Shown here piece by piece: positions 61,350-64,000 of a stretch of 64,000 nt of DNA. The notes under the pieces are model-generated. The model saw only the letters and a program-made list of their open reading frames with translations. It ran no database searches and was not told where the DNA came from. The stretch's first letter is position 1. The number at the start of each line of letters is the position of its first letter. Source of the DNA: Clostridia bacterium (GTDB taxonomy: Bacteria; Bacillota; Clostridia; Christensenellales; UBA1242); contig JAFUSN010000002.1 of the NCBI GenBank assembly GCA_017467625.1, positions 5,008-69,007 on the forward strand, in the 5' to 3' direction. The translations under genes were made by a program, and so were the position numbers.

Positions 61350-62264
61350 TTATTTTAAACCTTCAACAAGTTTTAACGCATGCAAAACTTGTTCTTTAAC
61401 ATTTGCTTTTCCTGCTTTATTGTAGTCCCTTTGATCAAAGTGTTCAGGATGCTCTGCAAGGTCTTGACGAACACCTGCTGTGTGGGCCAAACGAAGATCT
61501 GTGTCCATATTAATTTTACAAATTGCAGTTTTTGCCATTTTCTTAATATCTTTTTCACTAATTCCCTGACTCTTCTTAATTACGCCACCATACTTTTTAA
61601 CAAGTTCAACCCATTTTTCTGGAACCATTGAACTTCCATGAGCAACAAGTGGAAGGTTTGGAAGAACTTTGTGAACATTTTCAATAACTTTATATTGAAT
61701 TATAGGAGTTGCAATTGATTTGTTAATTCCGTGGGCAGTTCCAATTGAAATTGCCAAGCTGTCAACGCCGGTTTTTGTTGCAAAATCAAGTGCTTCATCT
61801 GGCTGTGTGAATGTTTCTGTGTCACTGTGAATCATATCTTCAGTTCCAATAATTTTTCCAAGTTCTGCCTCAACAGTTACGCCGCGCTCATGTGCATATT
61901 TTACAACTTTTTGAGTAATTTTAACATTTTCTGCATATGGAAGGGCAGATCCATCAAACATAACGCTTGTGAATCCTGCGTTGATTGCTTCTTTGCAGGC
62001 TTCAAAACTTTTTCCGTGGTCCAAGTGAAGCGCAATTTTGTTTTTATAGTGTTTGCTTGCTGTTTCAACAATTGCGTGAATATAGTCATATCCAGCATAT
62101 TTTCCAGCACCTTCTGAAACAGAAATAATTACAGGAGCATTGAGTTCTCCGGCAACTTCTGCAACTGCTTGCGCTGATTCCAAATTGCAAACATTAAATG
62201 CAGGAATTGCATATCCGCCTTTAAGAGCGTCTAAAAGCATCTTTTTTGTGTTAACTAATGCCAT
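61350..62264 (-). CDS. fba: Class II fructose-1,6-bisphosphate aldolase
   Basis: LHLDHG, FTSVMFDGS, IGTAHG, KINMDTD; start at ATG 62264. Confidence 0.96.
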   Translation of the reverse strand: MALVNTKKMLLDALKGGYAIPAFNVCNLESAQAVAEVAGELNAPVIISVSEGAGKYAGYDYIHAIVETASKHYKNKIALHLDHGKSFEACKEAINAGFTSVMFDGSALPYAENVKITQKVVKYAHERGVTVEAELGKIIGTEDMIHSDTETFTQPDEALDFATKTGVDSLAISIGTAHGINKSIATPIIQYKVIENVHKVLPNLPLVAHGSSMVPEKWVELVKKYGGVIKKSQGISEKDIKKMAKTAICKINMDTDLRLAHTAGVRQDLAEHPEHFDQRDYNKAGKANVKEQVLHALKLVEGLK

Positions 62265-62424
62265 AAAAATACCTACCTTTATTTTTTTCTGGTTATTGAG
62301 CGAAAGTTCATTCTCAACAAAATCATTATAGAATTTTGATTTAAAATTGTAAACAAATATTTGCTTTATTTTTTTGTTTAGCATATAATCAAATTGTTAA
62401 AAATTAATATAAGGAGATTCATTT

Positions 62425-63465
62425 ATGGCAAATATTAAAGTTGCAATTAACGGATTTGGAAGAATTGGTCGTTTGGCATTCAGACAAATGTTTGGTGCTA
62501 AAGGCTATGAAATTGTTGCAATCAACGATTTAACAAGTCCAAAAATGCTTGCTCATCTTTTAAAATATGATTCAGCACAAGGACCATATGCACTTGCAAG
62601 CACAGTAAAATCATCTGAGGACGGTGCTGAAGAAGGCTGGATTTCTGTTGCTGGAAAGAAAATTAGAATTTATGCTGAAAAAGACGCCGTAAACTGCCCA
62701 TGGAAGGCACTTGGCGTTGATGTTGTTTTGGAATGCACAGGCTTCTATACATCAAAGGAAAAATCAATGGCACACATCACTGCAGGAGCTAAAAAGGTTA
62801 TCATTTCTGCTCCAGCAGGAAAAGATCTTCCAACAGTTGTTTATTCAGTTAACGAAAAAATATTAAAAAAGACTGATACAATCATTTCAGCGGCAAGCTG
62901 CACAACAAACTGCTTGGCACCAATGGCAAAAGCACTCAACGATAAATTTCCAATCGTTTCAGGAATTATGACAACTGTTCATGCTTACACTGGTGATCAG
63001 ATGCTTCTTGATGGGCCACACAGAAAAGGTGATTTGAGAAGAGCAAGAGCAGCTGCTTGTAACATTGTTCCAAACTCAACAGGTGCTGCAAAAGCAATTG
63101 GCTTAGTTATTCCAGAACTTGCAGGAAAACTTATTGGATCAGCTCAACGTGTTCCTGTTGCAACAGGTTCTTCAACAATTTTAGTTGCTGTTGTTGATGG
63201 AAAAGGCAAGGAAGTTACAGTTGAAGATATTAATGCAGCAATGAAAAAACAATCTTCTGATTCATTTGGATACAACACTGATGAAATTGTTTCAGGTGAT
63301 ATTGTTGGAAGCACATATGGTTCAATTTTTGATGCAACTCAAACAATGGTTACACCAGTTGGAAATGGGCTTTATCAAGTTCAAGTTGTTGCTTGGTATG
63401 ATAATGAAAATTCATACACATCACAAATGGTTAGAACAATTAAATATTTTGCAGAATTGAAATAA
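62425..63465 (+). CDS. gap: Type I glyceraldehyde-3-phosphate dehydrogenase
   Basis: [22 protein letters not shown]. Confidence 0.98.
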   Translation: MANIKVAINGFGRIGRLAFRQMFGAKGYEIVAINDLTSPKMLAHLLKYDSAQGPYALASTVKSSEDGAEEGWISVAGKKIRIYAEKDAVNCPWKALGVDVVLECTGFYTSKEKSMAHITAGAKKVIISAPAGKDLPTVVYSVNEKILKKTDTIISAASCTTNCLAPMAKALNDKFPIVSGIMTTVHAYTGDQMLLDGPHRKGDLRRARAAACNIVPNSTGAAKAIGLVIPELAGKLIGSAQRVPVATGSSTILVAVVDGKGKEVTVEDINAAMKKQSSDSFGYNTDEIVSGDIVGSTYGSIFDATQTMVTPVGNGLYQVQVVAWYDNENSYTSQMVRTIKYFAELK

Positions 63466-63580
63466 AAAAACTCAAAAAAGGCGGCTGAGCCGTCTTTTTT
63501 TATTGCTTAAATAAAAATAAATTTACAACAGGGCGAAATTGTGATAAACTTACTTTGTAAAATGTTAATATGGAGCTATT

Positions 63581-64000
63581 ATGAGTAAATGTCCAAGATG
63601 TGCATCTGAATATTCATCAAATGACAAAAAATGTCCAAGATGCGGGCTTGAAGTTCGTCAAATGAAAAAGTTTTTGGCTTCGCAGGGTGCTGATTTGAAT
63701 GAAGAAACAAAATTGGAAAAATCGACTGAAGTTTCAGTTAATTTGAACCAAGATGAGACAAAACCAAAAGCAGAAAAACCAAAATCTGAAAGGCAACTTA
63801 AAAGGGAACAGAAACTTGCTGAAAAAAAGGCCAAAAAAGCAGAAAAGCAAAAGGCGAAAGAAGAACTTTTTAATGAACAGACGGATTTTTCAAAATTTGC
63901 TAGAAATACTGAAGAAAATATTGAAGCCAGAAAAAACTATGATGGCTCTTTTAAGCAACGCAGAAAATTCGCAAAAGAAAAAAATCAAAACCCACAATTC
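63581..64000 (+). CDS. Zinc-ribbon protein, runs off window edge (MSKCPRCA...KCPRCG)
   Basis: ATG 63581 with GGAG RBS, two CPRC knuckles, open to window end. Confidence 0.7.
   Translation, partial: MSKCPRCASEYSSNDKKCPRCGLEVRQMKKFLASQGADLNEETKLEKSTEVSVNLNQDETKPKAEKPKSERQLKREQKLAEKKAKKAEKQKAKEELFNEQTDFSKFARNTEENIEARKNYDGSFKQRRKFAKEKNQNPQF

Overview
Low-GC, AT-rich chromosomal segment from a Clostridia-like Firmicute (lineage inferred from gene content only). It holds the conserved origin-region genes in a rearranged order: mnmG, mnmE, jag, yidC, yidD, rnpA, rpmH, dnaN and dnaA on the - strand, then recF, gyrB and gyrA on +. Other housekeeping genes are DnaD-like and DnaC-like replication genes, sbcDC, rlmD, miaA, hisS, rdgB, a frameshifted prfB, tsaD, rpmG-secE-nusG-rplK-rplA, rplJ-rplL, map, fba and gap. 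Two divergent tRNA-Ser genes sit at the left end, and what looks like the edge of an integrated element lies beyond tRNA-Ser(GCT). Signals not explained by standard annotation: (1) dispersed orphan genes whose unrelated proteins share a C-terminal Q-x-G-[E/N] tail; (2) a convergent locus of two large-orphan plus small-partner pairs; (3) a ~140 bp structured repeat present twice, one copy bracketed by REP-like direct repeats; (4) a ~235 nt nested hairpin in front of the island genes; (5) an inverted dnaA-dnaN whose DnaA has an altered DNA-binding motif, with a candidate displaced origin between the tRNA genes; (6) CG-alternating tracts upstream of two promoters; (7) a prfB frameshift site without its internal Shine-Dalgarno; (8) several leaderless genes and unannotated small ORFs. 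Everything was read by eye and no database searches were run.
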